A DNA stretch of 64,000 nucleotides from Chloropicon primus (Eukaryota), in the NCBI GenBank assembly GCA_023205875.1, contig CP060762.1:1-64000 (forward strand), read 5' to 3'. The position numbers and the translations under genes are program-made. Under the pieces are notes generated by a model. The model worked only from the letters and a program-made list of their open reading frames with translations. It was not told the origin of the DNA and did not search any database. Positions 1 through 10,800 of the stretch are shown here, piece after piece. The stretch's first letter is position 1. The number at the start of each line of letters is the position of its first letter.

Positions 1-350
1 CCTAAAACCTAAAACCTAAAACCTAAAACCTAAAACCTAAAACCTAAAACCTAAAAACCTAAAACCTAAAACCTAAAACCTAAAACCTAAAACCTAAAAC
101 CTAAAACCTAAAACCTAAAACCTAAAACCTAAAACCTAAAACCTAAAACCTAAAACCTAAAACCTAAAACCTAAAACCTAAAACCTAAAACCTAAAACCT
201 AAAACCTAAAACCTAAAACCTAAAACCTAAAACCTAAAACCTAAAACCTAAAACCTAAAACCTAAAACCTAAAACCTAAAACCTAAAACCTAAAACCTAA
301 AACCTAAAACCTAAAACCTAAAACCTAAAACCTAAAACCTAAACCTAAAA
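1..350. repeat. Telomeric array (CCTAAAA)n / (TTTTAGG)n; left chromosome end
   Basis: Near-perfect tandem CCTAAAA from base 1, C-rich strand on +. One CCTAAAAA variant at 50-57 and a CCTAAA variant at 338-343. Confidence 0.98.
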
Positions 351-412
351 CCTAAACCTAAACCAACCTAACAACCTAACAACCTAACAACCTACAAACC
401 TACAAACGTAAG
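351..412. repeat. Degenerate telomere-proximal repeats
   Basis: CCTAAA x2, CCAA, CCTAACAA x3, CCTACAAA x2, then CGTAAGG. Confidence 0.9.
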
Positions 413-425
413 GAAGGACGACCTT

Positions 426-713
426 GCCAAGGAAAGGAGCCGGGGAACAAAAGAAGCCTAAGAGAAAGACACCGTCGCATCATCCAAGCTTTCCATGGTG
501 CCTCCGAGTCACCGCGTTTCCTAAAGCCTTGGGAGTCCTAAAACCTAACGCCTAAAAGGCCCTCTCGTGGGTCCGAAGTGCCTTGAGTAGGGTTTGCCCG
601 AGGAAGGAAGGAAGGAAGTCCTGGCCAAGGAAAGGAGCCGGAGAACAAAAGAAGCCTAAGTGAAAGACACCGTCGCATCATCCAACCTTTCCGTGATGCT
701 TCCAAGCCACCGC
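426..713. repeat. Subtelomeric diverged direct repeat (about 90-bp copies, 198-bp period)
   Basis: gccaaggaaaggagccgg..aacaaaagaagcctaag.gaaagacaccgtcgcatcatccaa..caccgc occurs at 426-515 and 624-713, with telomere-like cctaaaacctaacgcctaaaa at about 537-557 between the copies. Confidence 0.9.
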
Positions 714-1355
714 ACTTTTTCCTTCTGGTATTGGTTTTAAGTGTGATCTGGCTTTTAGTCGGCCCTAAACCAGGTCGCATAAGACGACGGATTCCAGCAG
801 AAGAGTGGATCAGGGTAAGGTTTACGATTGAAACTCTTTATTCTCTGGTGCCCTCTATTGCACTCCACCCGGAACAGGTCTCTCCATCACGGACTCTATT
901 CACACATCATCATCATCATCATCTATGGAGGGCTGTGGTTTGGGTTTTAGTGGTCCGGCAGATGGACCTCTACAGGTTCAAGGACGACGGGAAGATACAC
1001 CATATTACAAGAGTATCCAAATATAAAATACAAGCCCCTTCTGACAAAGTTTCACAGCCATCGGACACGAACTGGATCCGTCACTCCACTATTCGTACCA
1101 AAAAGTAGGCCCAAAATGGACAATAAAGGCAACAGAATTGTATCATACACACCTACATTACACAATCAAGTCAGCATGAACCAAACCAAGAGGATCCCAT
1201 CCACGAACAACTACCCACAGACACCTCTCCCTGCCTTCCCTCCTCTCCCACTCTCCTGCATTGCCCCAAGAACACCTCTCCTCCCCCCACCCCTCGACGC
1301 CGGTGCCCGGACCCGAGAACATCATCCAGACTCAGATGACTGGAGACCAAACGCG

Positions 1356-2420
1356 ATGGACCGGACGGAGGCCCTGTACGAGCGGTGCGAGGCCGCGGCG
1401 CCGTACTATGACGAGGCGTGGCCGTCGCGGCTGGAGATCGCGGACGAGGTTCGGAGTCGCGAGAGGGGCGTCCTCTCCTCGTCGTTCCACCGGCGCGCGC
1501 TCGCACTCGTCTCCTCCCTGGACCAAGTCAAGTCGGTCCTGAGCCCAGGGGGGAGGGGGAGGGGGGGGGCGTCCTCCCAGGCCGACCACCTCGAGGTCGC
1601 CGCAATCGTCAAGTGAGTCGATCCGCCCACCCATCGCCGTCGTTCTCACCACACGCTCGACCCGTCGCTACCAAACCACGTCATCGCCATCAAAACTTGT
1701 TCCCTCATCTCGTGTCCTCGATGATCTGACACCACCACGACGATGACTCTCTCTCTCTCTCTCTCCTGTGACTTGGCTCTCAGGGAGGTGGGTTCCAAGG
1801 TGCAAGACCTGCAGAGGGAGGTCGGCTTCGCGGAGGAGGGCAAGAAGCCTGGTCGAGGAGGGCACGGCAAGGCTCACAAGGTCGGGGTGGTGGTCATCCT
1901 CACCACCAAGCTCAAGGAGATCGGGGACATGCAGAAAAGGAGTCTAGGGCGGCAAGTGCGAGCTGGGGGGGAGGCGGGGGAGGAGGGGAAAAGGAGCCTG
2001 CTTTGGTCGTCCAGGAAGGCGGTGCCGATGCCCCTGCCCCCTGCCCCTCGGAGGTTGAGCGGGCCCGGGGAGGAGACCACCACCACCACCACATCCACGT
2101 CCCCCTTCCTGCAGCTCCAACAGGAGAACGCCGTACTCCTGAGCGAGCTGGAGGCCACGTCCACCCAGGCCAGCGAGGTGCACCGGACGCTGGTGGAGAT
2201 CAGCAACCTGAACCAGGTCTTCAGCGAGCAGATCCAAGAGCAGTCGGAGCAGCTCGAGTCCCTGTACGAGGAGGCTCTGGCGACCACGGTGAACTTCGAG
2301 AAGGGCAACGTGGAGCTGGCCAAGGCCCTCAAGTACAACAAGGAGGGCGGGAGGTACATCATCTGCATCATATTGTTCTTCACCTTTGCCCTCCTGTTTC
2401 TGGACTGGTGGCAGGGGTGA
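1356..2420 (+). CDS. SYP81: Syntaxin-18/Ufe1-like Qa-SNARE (SYP81 family); exons 1356-1612, 1784-2420
   Basis: N-terminal MDRTEALY..C resembles the syntaxin-18 N-terminus. GTGAGT...CAG intron rejoins in frame (AA|G GAG). SNARE motif EISNLNQVFSEQIQEQSEQLESLYEEA..N.EKGNVELAKA and C-terminal TM ending LLFLDWW. Confidence 0.85.
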
Positions 2421-2423
2421 CCG

Positions 2424-2467
2424 GGCTTGGGACCCGGGAAGGCTTGGGACCCCGGGAAGGCTTGGGG
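2424..2467. repeat. 17-18 bp tandem repeat (ggcttgggacccgggaa, about 2.5 copies) in convergent 3' UTRs
   Basis: Seen directly after the SYP81 stop codon. Confidence 0.8.
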
Positions 2468-2643
2468 CTCGTGAGAAGAAACAAAAGCGGCAGCAGGCAG
2501 GCAGGCCGAAGAAGGAGAAGAAGGAGACTTGTCTGCGTACGCCTACGCCTTTGCTTGCTTGTACACAAAACTATATATGTATCGCAACATGTCGGGGAAA
2601 ATATTCTTAGTCGCTTGTCACAGCTGTTGTTGTTGTTGTTGTT

Positions 2644-4347
2644 CTACCTGGTCTTCTTCTTCTTGTCCAACGACGGTGCGGCGGCTGTCGTCCTCTGGCG
2701 CGCCCCAAAGCCTTTCCTGGTCTCCCCGATGAGGAAGGGGGCGAAGACCCTGACGATGCCCTCGGCCTTGATGATGGGGAGGATGATGGCGATCGCCCCC
2801 ATCAGGAGCTGGCAGCCAATCAGCAGGCCCTTGGGCGTGGGGAAGGGCTTGAGCAGCCTGCCGATCCCGTACAGCGCCACCATGAAGAAGTGGGCCACGA
2901 GGACAAAGGGCCTGGGGTTGAGGCCGCCCAGCAGGCTGATGGGGCCCTGGCTGTACATCCCCCCGAGGCTGAGGTAGTCGAAGCACGCCGACTGCATCTC
3001 CTCGTTCCACTCCTCCCCCGTCCTGCAGAACACCTTGTACAGGGCGTTGGCCAGGGTGTTGATGGTGGCGGCCCAAGGCTTCCTCTCCGTGTGGAAGGCC
3101 TTGGTGGCCAGCGTCGTGCTCCGCTTGTGCTCAAAGGACTTGAGGTGGCTCAGCATGTCGCACAGCAGCTTGCTGTCGTGGAGGGCGACCGTCATCCCCC
3201 CGCCGGTCAGGGGGTGCCTCATGTTGAAGGCGTCCCCCAGCATGAGGGCCCCGTCGCAGGTGAAGACCTCCGCCGGCATGAGCTTGTTCTGCATGCTCCT
3301 GACCCTCCCCTCCTTGACGGCGGCCAGGAAGGGCTCCCTCAGCTGGTCGGGCACCTGGGGCGCCACCCTCTCCGTGAGGTACTTGGCCAGCTCCCCCGTG
3401 CTCACCCTCGGCAGCTTCTTGGCCTTGATGTCGATCAGGCACCTCGTCTCCGTGGAGGAGATGGGGTAAAACAGTATGGGGGAGGGGTCCGCAAGCACCA
3501 CGTGCCCGTGGTTGGGGAAGGGGAGGATCCTGTCCTTCCCCTCGTCCTTGAGCAGGAGTCCGACGAAGAAGGACGGGAGCTCGATCTTGGGGTCCTTGAC
3601 CAGGTTCTTCCTCAGCGAGGAGTACATTCCGTCGCACACTATGGTCAGGTGGGCCCGCACGGTCACCAACTCGCCTTGGTCTTCCTCTCCCCCCTTGGGC
3701 CTGTACGTCACCCCGCAGATGGGGTTCTTGTTGTTGTTGTTCCCCCCCCTGTCTCCGCGGTCATCCTCCCAGGGCTCCCCCCTCTCGTCCACGAACCCCC
3801 TCACCGTTCCCTCCACCAGCCTCAGCCTTTCCTCCCCTACCTCCCCACACGCCTCCCTCAGCCGCCTCACGAACCTCCCGTTGTGGAAGCTCCTCCCCGC
3901 AAGCTTCTTCTTCATCTTCATCTTGTTGTTGTCCGCCGCCGCCGCCGCCATGTCTTGGTCTTCCTCGTCCTGTTGGTCCTCCTGCTGTATGGGGTACTTG
4001 ATGCAGGTTTGTTTGTCATCCCTGAATATGGCGTACCCGTAGACGTCCTGTGCGTCAATCTGTTCGACGGTGTGTTGGAGTCCAAGCTGTTGGAGTGCCT
4101 TGACCCCACCCGGTTGCAAGAGTTCCCCTACAATCCTATCCGGTTCACTGAGATCCCTCTCAATGACGAGAACTCTTCTTTGTTGTTGTGTTGCCAAACC
4201 ATACGCCACCGAACACCCCGCGATCCCCGCACCCACCACCACCACGTCATACACACCTTCCCCTTCCCCACAACCAGTCGTGGTGGTGGTGGTGGTTGTG
4301 TTGTTGGTGGTGGTTGTGTTGTTGTTGTTTCTTCCCCCTCGCACCAT
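2644..4347 (-). CDS. SQE: Squalene epoxidase (squalene monooxygenase), about 567 aa
   Basis: GAGIAG FAD motif, ERDLSEPDRIVGELLQPGG, GRSFHNGRF, LGDAFNMRHPLTGGGMTVAL, INTLANALY, LVAHFFMVALYG. Start taken at ATG 4347. Confidence 0.96.
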   Translation of the reverse strand: MVRGGRNNNNTTTTNNTTTTTTTTGCGEGEGVYDVVVVGAGIAGCSVAYGLATQQQRRVLVIERDLSEPDRIVGELLQPGGVKALQQLGLQHTVEQIDAQDVYGYAIFRDDKQTCIKYPIQQEDQQDEEDQDMAAAAADNNKMKMKKKLAGRSFHNGRFVRRLREACGEVGEERLRLVEGTVRGFVDERGEPWEDDRGDRGGNNNNKNPICGVTYRPKGGEEDQGELVTVRAHLTIVCDGMYSSLRKNLVKDPKIELPSFFVGLLLKDEGKDRILPFPNHGHVVLADPSPILFYPISSTETRCLIDIKAKKLPRVSTGELAKYLTERVAPQVPDQLREPFLAAVKEGRVRSMQNKLMPAEVFTCDGALMLGDAFNMRHPLTGGGMTVALHDSKLLCDMLSHLKSFEHKRSTTLATKAFHTERKPWAATINTLANALYKVFCRTGEEWNEEMQSACFDYLSLGGMYSQGPISLLGGLNPRPFVLVAHFFMVALYGIGRLLKPFPTPKGLLIGCQLLMGAIAIILPIIKAEGIVRVFAPFLIGETRKGFGARQRTTAAAPSLDKKKKTR

Positions 4348-4842
4348 GTCGTGTCGTCGTCGTGTTCGTCGTCGTGTTCGTCGTCGTGTGTTGTGATCGT
4401 GATCGTGTGTGATCGTGTTTTGTGTTTGTTCCTCGTGTTCGTGGCCAGGCGACCATCCATTTTCTGACGTTCCTTCTCCCCGAACCAAAGAAGAAAAGAA
4501 AAGCAAAGCAGAGAAGCCCGCCAGAAGGATCACATCACGGGGAGACCCATGAGGAGGGGAGGGGCGGGGGGAACAGGAACATAACATACACAACATACAC
4601 AACATACTCAACATACACATCACATCACATGAAACACATGATACGCATACACACAACAACAAACAACAAACAACAAACAACACCCAGCACCCAGCACTTT
4701 ATCAATACTATTGATGGATAGATGGGGTTGATTGGGTTGGGTGGAGTTGGGTTGTGTGGAAGGTTTTAGGGGATTGCCTCGTAAGGAAGGATTGGTTCAC
4801 CACGAGGGATCGTCGTGTGCAGGAGGAGGACGAGGCGAGGGG

Positions 4843-7800
4843 ATGGAGACCGTGCTCACGGCGGTGGTCACACGACTGCTCAAGAAGTTTGTCAAGACCA
4901 AGGCAAACAAGCAGGGGGAGGACCTCAGGGTGAGGCTCACCAACGGGAGGGTCGTGTTGCACAACCTCGAGCTCAACTTGAAGGCACTCGGACTCAACCA
5001 AGATGACGACAACGACAACGACAACGACAAGGGCAAGGAATCCGGGGGGCTTGTGACGGTGAGGAGGGCGTTCGCCAAGGAGCTCTCGGTGAACATCCCG
5101 TGGACGGCCTTGTCCACCGATGCCATAGAGGTGTGCCTCGACACGGTGGAGGTCGTGCTGGACGTGCGGGACAAGTCCTCGAGCGAGGACGGGCAGGTAG
5201 ACGGGGGGAGCAACAACAGGGGGGCGAGGGAGTCGCCGAGTGGGAGGTCGGCCTCGGCAGCGTCCAACGACGCCCGAGGGGAGGAGGACGAGGACAGGGG
5301 AGGGCAGGAGTCGAGGGGGAGGGAGGAGGAGGCGCCAGGGGGCAAGGAAACCGCAGCGGTGGTGGAGGACACCAAGAAGAAGAAGGGGTGGATCTCCTCC
5401 CTCCTGGACACGCTCGGGGACACGAGCGTGCGGATAAGAAACTTGGTCCTGCGGCTTCGGTGCGGCTCCACGGTGACGACGGTGATGTGCGGGGAGCTCA
5501 AGGTCTTCACCTCGTTCCGGGACGAGGCCGGGGTCCTTGGGGGCGGGGACTTGAATTTGGACCCAAAGGGATTCTTCAGCAAGTGGGTCGTCGCGAGCAC
5601 GGTCATGATGGACGTGACCAACACGGCGGCCAGGGAGGACGGCGGGGAGATGCTCGGGGTGCTGAACGGGCCCGCCGTCAACATGGACGGCTTGAAGTTC
5701 CACCTCGTGGTTCCCTCGCCCTTCACGCTCAGCAAGTCGATGTCCGTAGAAGATCTGAGGGGTCTGGACGAACAGAGGCTGCCACAGGGCGCCACGGAGC
5801 CTCAGGTGAACGTGTTCTTCGACGAGCTGACGTGCAACGCGAGTCGGGGGCTCGCGGAAGCCATTTCTCTGCTGCTGGAAGCTTTCCGGCAAAAGGGGGA
5901 GCCGGAGGCAGAGGAGGGACCAACTCGGCCCGCGTCGCCGTCGAGCGGATCCACAACAGCCGGTGAGGAGGAACGCGACGCGGTGGATCTCGTGCCGAAT
6001 GGCGGGGAGAGGGGATTGGAGGAGGCTCCCGAGCCGGCCGAGGAGTCCAAACCGCGGTCGACTTGGCTCTCCTATGGCACGTCAGTCGCATCCAAGACGT
6101 GGGACTTCATCGTCGCTGGCGAGGACGAGGACATGGAGTGGGAGGGGCACAACGCGTCCCTGGAGGCGGCTCTGACCGCCGAGGAGGTTCAAATGCAGAA
6201 AGACCTCGAGGAGAAGATGTCCAAGCTGTGGCTCAAGTTCAACATCAGCGTCAGGGTGAACAAGGCAAAGTTGAATTTGGTGGCCGAGACAAAGAGGGTA
6301 ACCGTGTCCCTGGAGGGCTTGTGGACGAGGTTGCCGTACTCGCGCGAGAGCTTGGGGGAGTTCTCTGCGAGCATTGCGCGCATCAAGGTGGACCACTCCC
6401 GGGGAGCCCGGCAGGAAGGCAGCAATCAACTGGTTTTCTTGTGCAGCGCATCGCAGAAGCCCAGCGAAGAGGTGCGGGCGGAATCCGCCTTGGACATCCA
6501 TTCCAGCATCGTGGTGCGAGAGGCGGAGGAAGGGTCCAGGAGGCTGTTTTCGGTTTCCGTTGGAGAGACCTGGCTGTTGTACAACTCCAAGTTTGTCGAG
6601 GACGCCTGTGACATCCTGAGGCAGATGTCAGCGGCTCTCAGACCAAGAAGGGCCGAGGGAGACGACGAGCCTGCTCCGGCTCATGACGACGACACGAAAG
6701 CCAAGGCTTCGGAACGAAACGGAGAGGCTGGTAGAGAGGGTGGTGGTGTGCAAGTGAAGCTGACCATGGCAAGCACGACACTCTCATGCGACGATGGGAC
6801 ACATTATTCCGTCTTGTCTCACGTTGGGGCGCTGGTGGAAAACGTCCAGTGCACTTTCGTGTTGGATGGGGTAGCCGAGGACAAGACCGCAGAAGTCGAC
6901 CTTTCCGCTATGGTTTACCTCGTGCAGCTGAAGAGGCTTTCTCCCGAACACTTTATCAGGAATTACTTGAGCCGGGCCGCAATCCTGAAGGGCGAAGCGA
7001 AATACGGTGCCGGGAACCTGGACGCGGTGTCGAGTCTGGAAGAATTCGAGTGTTGCCTGGAGAGCCACAGATTCGACGATCTCCTGGAAAGCGTGTGTGG
7101 CTACGACCACCTTTTGATGGAAAGCATGAAGCGAACGCTGGAGGGGTTGTACTCAAACGTTTCGGGATTGAAATTCAGCTTTGCGAAGGGGCCCTCGGTG
7201 GACACGAGGGCCCACATTTCCATCGATGCAGTTTTGTTAGGCCTGTTCCTAAACGCTACCGAGCACGCCGGGGTCAATGCGCTCTTGGTGGAGGTGGGGG
7301 GAGTGGATTGCCTCGCGGAAGGACCGGGTAAAGCCGCGGCCGTTAACTCTGTGGCTTGCTGCCTTTCCAGGGATAATACAGGTGTGGCTTGCAATACCCT
7401 TTTGAAGAGTTCGATGTCGACTGAAGGTCAGATCGAAAGGAACGTGATCGTGCACACCTTGGCCATTTCTTTTGGCGAGGACACCTCCATCGGACTGGAG
7501 CAGGTCGTTTCAAAGCTCTCCGGTGGGGACTTGGAGTGCCTTCTGACGGTCTCCGGCTTTGCAAGCGAAGTGCTGCCTGAAAGGGGCGCGGATGAGGAAG
7601 AGATGAGCATGTTGATCAAAGTGGACAAGACGCTGCTGGAGATTTGCGACGAGTCACAGAACCAGTCCCTGTCCGTTGCGATCGGTGGCATTAGCTTGAA
7701 GAAAAGCCTCGAGACTGTTCGGGAAGGGTCCCAAATGCATCGCACAGAGGAATCATCGATGGATCTGCAGGTCGCGACGGTTGCTGTCACGCACAACTGC

Positions 7801-10800
7801 GACGATAAAGGAGGCACGCTGGTGCTCCACTTCGAAAGGGGGCTTGGGGAATCACCGCAGGAGGTCGACCTTTCCTTGACGTCCGTCTCGACTTTCTCAA
7901 CGGCGTCGAAGACCGTGGAGAAGCAAGTTGAAGCAAGGGCTGGGAATCCATTCACGTGCTGCATCACGCCAGTCATGCTGACCATGGTCCTAGACGTATT
8001 GACTCGGTGCTCCGGCCCCCGCAAAGCCGCCGGGGAGACCAAAGGCGCCGAGGCGGAGAAGGTGGTCAGGAACAGCTGCACAAAAGTATCCCTGAAGGAG
8101 TTTGGATTGTACTTTGATGGGTTTCACTACGAAGCGGCAGCGGGGGAGCGGCTTCACCTCCACTCCGACGCTTTGATTTTGGCTATCATTCCAGCCCAGG
8201 ATGATTCGACGCAAAAGAAGAGCACGGAGATTGACGTGTGCACGCTGTCGTTCCAGATCAGCACGATGAAGCCGTCGTTCGAGCAAAAGCCTCGGGAGTT
8301 TGTCTTTCTGGGGCCGGCGGACATGCACTGGAAGTGGCAGAACCTCGAGAGCTTCGTCCTGTCCATCAATGCGGGCTGCTTACCGCTCCACCTGTACTGG
8401 GGCGCGCACAGGATTATCCATTCGGCGTTTTATGGCCTCTTTCGGGTCATTTACGATGGATGGCAGGCAATCAAAGCGAAGTCGAGCGCACCACAGGAGG
8501 GGGGTGAGAAGGAGGAGCCGGGGGACGAGGGTGCGGAGAAACCACCATTCCTTCTCGTTGTCCTCCAGAGCGGTGACATGCACCTGGATCTCCAAAGCAA
8601 AGTCCCTTCTCCAGCCTTCCTTGGGGCAGAGGGCAAGCCAGACCTTTTCCTCGGATCGCTGTTGAAGCTTGTCAGCAAATCCTTCAAGTTGGGTTTCCAT
8701 CTTTGGAGCTCCTCGAATTACCTGTTCACCTTCATGGGCCTTTGCGAATTCGTGTACGAGAATCCGTCCACTTTCACAGAGGAGGTGCTAATGATGGAGG
8801 TTCCCGTCAAGGCTTCTCTCGGATTCATGTACGAGGCAGGGGGTGGTGTCGCGCAGAGGCCTATTGCAAGGTCACTGCGCACCAGTGCTTTCGCCCCCCC
8901 AGATCTTCTGCGGGTGCAGAACACTTCCCGGCAGGAAGTCTCGTTCGAGGTATTCACGGAGGAAAAGGTACATCTCCTAGCGAGCATGGGTGCGGTCAAC
9001 AAGTTTCTGGCCCTTCAGGCGCACCTCAACGGAGTGGAGAACATTCACATAAGGAATTTTGCTCCGATTGACATTGCCATTGGTCAGGTAGGATCTGGCG
9101 GAAGGGGGAGAAGGCTGCCGACAGGTTCCACGTGCGACTTCGTGTGGCCTTGCCCCCACATTCTCGTGAACGAAAAAAGCGAATTGCTTCACGTCAGGGT
9201 AGAGGCGGATCATTGCCCGTGGAGCAACGCCTTTGGCCTGAAAAAGGAAGGATGCTCTCTGCTCGTTCTTCCTATTTCGGACACCCACGAGCTGGAGTTG
9301 GCGGCGCAGATTTCCAAGGCAAGCGGGCACGTGGAAGTGACGCTGCGTCCCCGGCACTGCATCATCAACAGCACCCCCGAGGATTTGCAAGTTACGTGGG
9401 AAGGATGCCTCAGTGGTTGCTCGGGGGTGCTGGAGCAGGCTTTGGACACCAGGTCATTCTGCCTTCATCCGAGGGGGGAGTCTGCCGAGGAAGCAAACGC
9501 AGAAGAGGTTCTCCTTCTCTGCGCTCGGTCGAGTGGTGGTTCCTCGTCCCCGCGATTGAGCCTTCGGTCAGGAGGCACCCGATGGGAATCCGTGAAGTTT
9601 GGAAAGAGTGTCGCGAGCTTCCCAGTTCGAGCTTTGGCGGATCACGGCGATCAAGCTGCACCGAAGGCTATCAACGATCTCTTCGTGGAGTGCTTGTCGA
9701 GTCACCTTGCCACGGGACAAGTTTTGGTGAGAATTCACCCCAACCTGTACCTGACAAATGGATTGACCGAAGAAATTCGCATTGAGGATCCCTCCCGCGG
9801 CACCCCCGTTTGCATTCCTAGCAGCGAGACCGTCCCGCTGATGGGAGTGGACTTGGAGGCCCTTCATGTATCTATCGCGGGCCCCGGCGCTGCCAAGTTC
9901 AGTGGGAAATGGGATTGCAGTGGCAAAGTGGGCTGGTCCGAGCTCGAGTTTATTCCAGCAGAAGGCGCCCGCCTGCCCACCCTGAAGTGCTTGTGTCACA
10001 CGGAGAGTGTTCACGACGGGGCGCTGGCTTTCATGAGAATTGTTCCTGAAGTGAGCTTCCAGAATTGCACGGGACTGAAGATGGGGGCTTCTTTCGTGAC
10101 AGAGTCGGACCACGGTGAGGGTGAGGACAGGCCCAAGATTTGCGTTCTTGCGGACGAAACCTTGCACAGCTTTCCAGGCTCGGGCACGGAGAGCTGGTTG
10201 GTGTCCCTCTCTCTCGAGGGCGGCGGGAACCAAAAGCCTTCGCAATGTGTGCTGAACCTCACTGACTTGCAATCGTGCGACCAAGAGAGCCCGAGGCGTG
10301 CCTTCTCTCGCCGCGTTGGCTTCCGGGACAGTGGGTTGAAACTGTACCTGAGCGCCGCTAGAACTGCGTTGACGGAAAGGGTGTCTCAGGGACCTTCCAT
10401 CTTTCACATCGGCATCTTCCCCCTCTTCTCCGTGATGAACTTGTGCAGGCGAGACATTGTCCTAAAGTGCAGCACCAATTCGACTGAGGTTCATTGCGAG
10501 AAGGGCGAAATAGCAGGATTGGCCGCCTTCGATTGCAAGGCCGAGGCCGCTGGCGACGAATGCGTGTCCCTGCAGATGCGTTGGATCCAGGAGCACGGGG
10601 AGGCAGAATGCGATGGCGGGTGGTCCGACCCCGCAGAAATTTCCTGCGGCGCAGGATTTGCTCTGACCAGCATCCCCCAGGGGACGATGGGCGGGGAGGG
10701 CGGTGGCGGTGATGGGACTCCTTCAAGAATCGGGGGCGTGCCCGTTTCATTGTACACGTTCGAGTACGGGGGTAGATTCGTAACGCTCGTTTCAGAGGAA

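Noticed and set aside
538..1108. Subtelomeric ORFs 538-780 (-) and 731-1108 (+)
   Set aside because: They overlap the subtelomeric repeat, lack this genome's codon bias and show no motifs.
4347..4843. N-terminal extensions of the SQE and VPS13 track ORFs, and similar extensions of SPB1, GPN2 and HAS1
   Set aside because: They start at non-ATG codons and run through microsatellite-rich leaders. Conserved sequence begins at or after the downstream ATGs.
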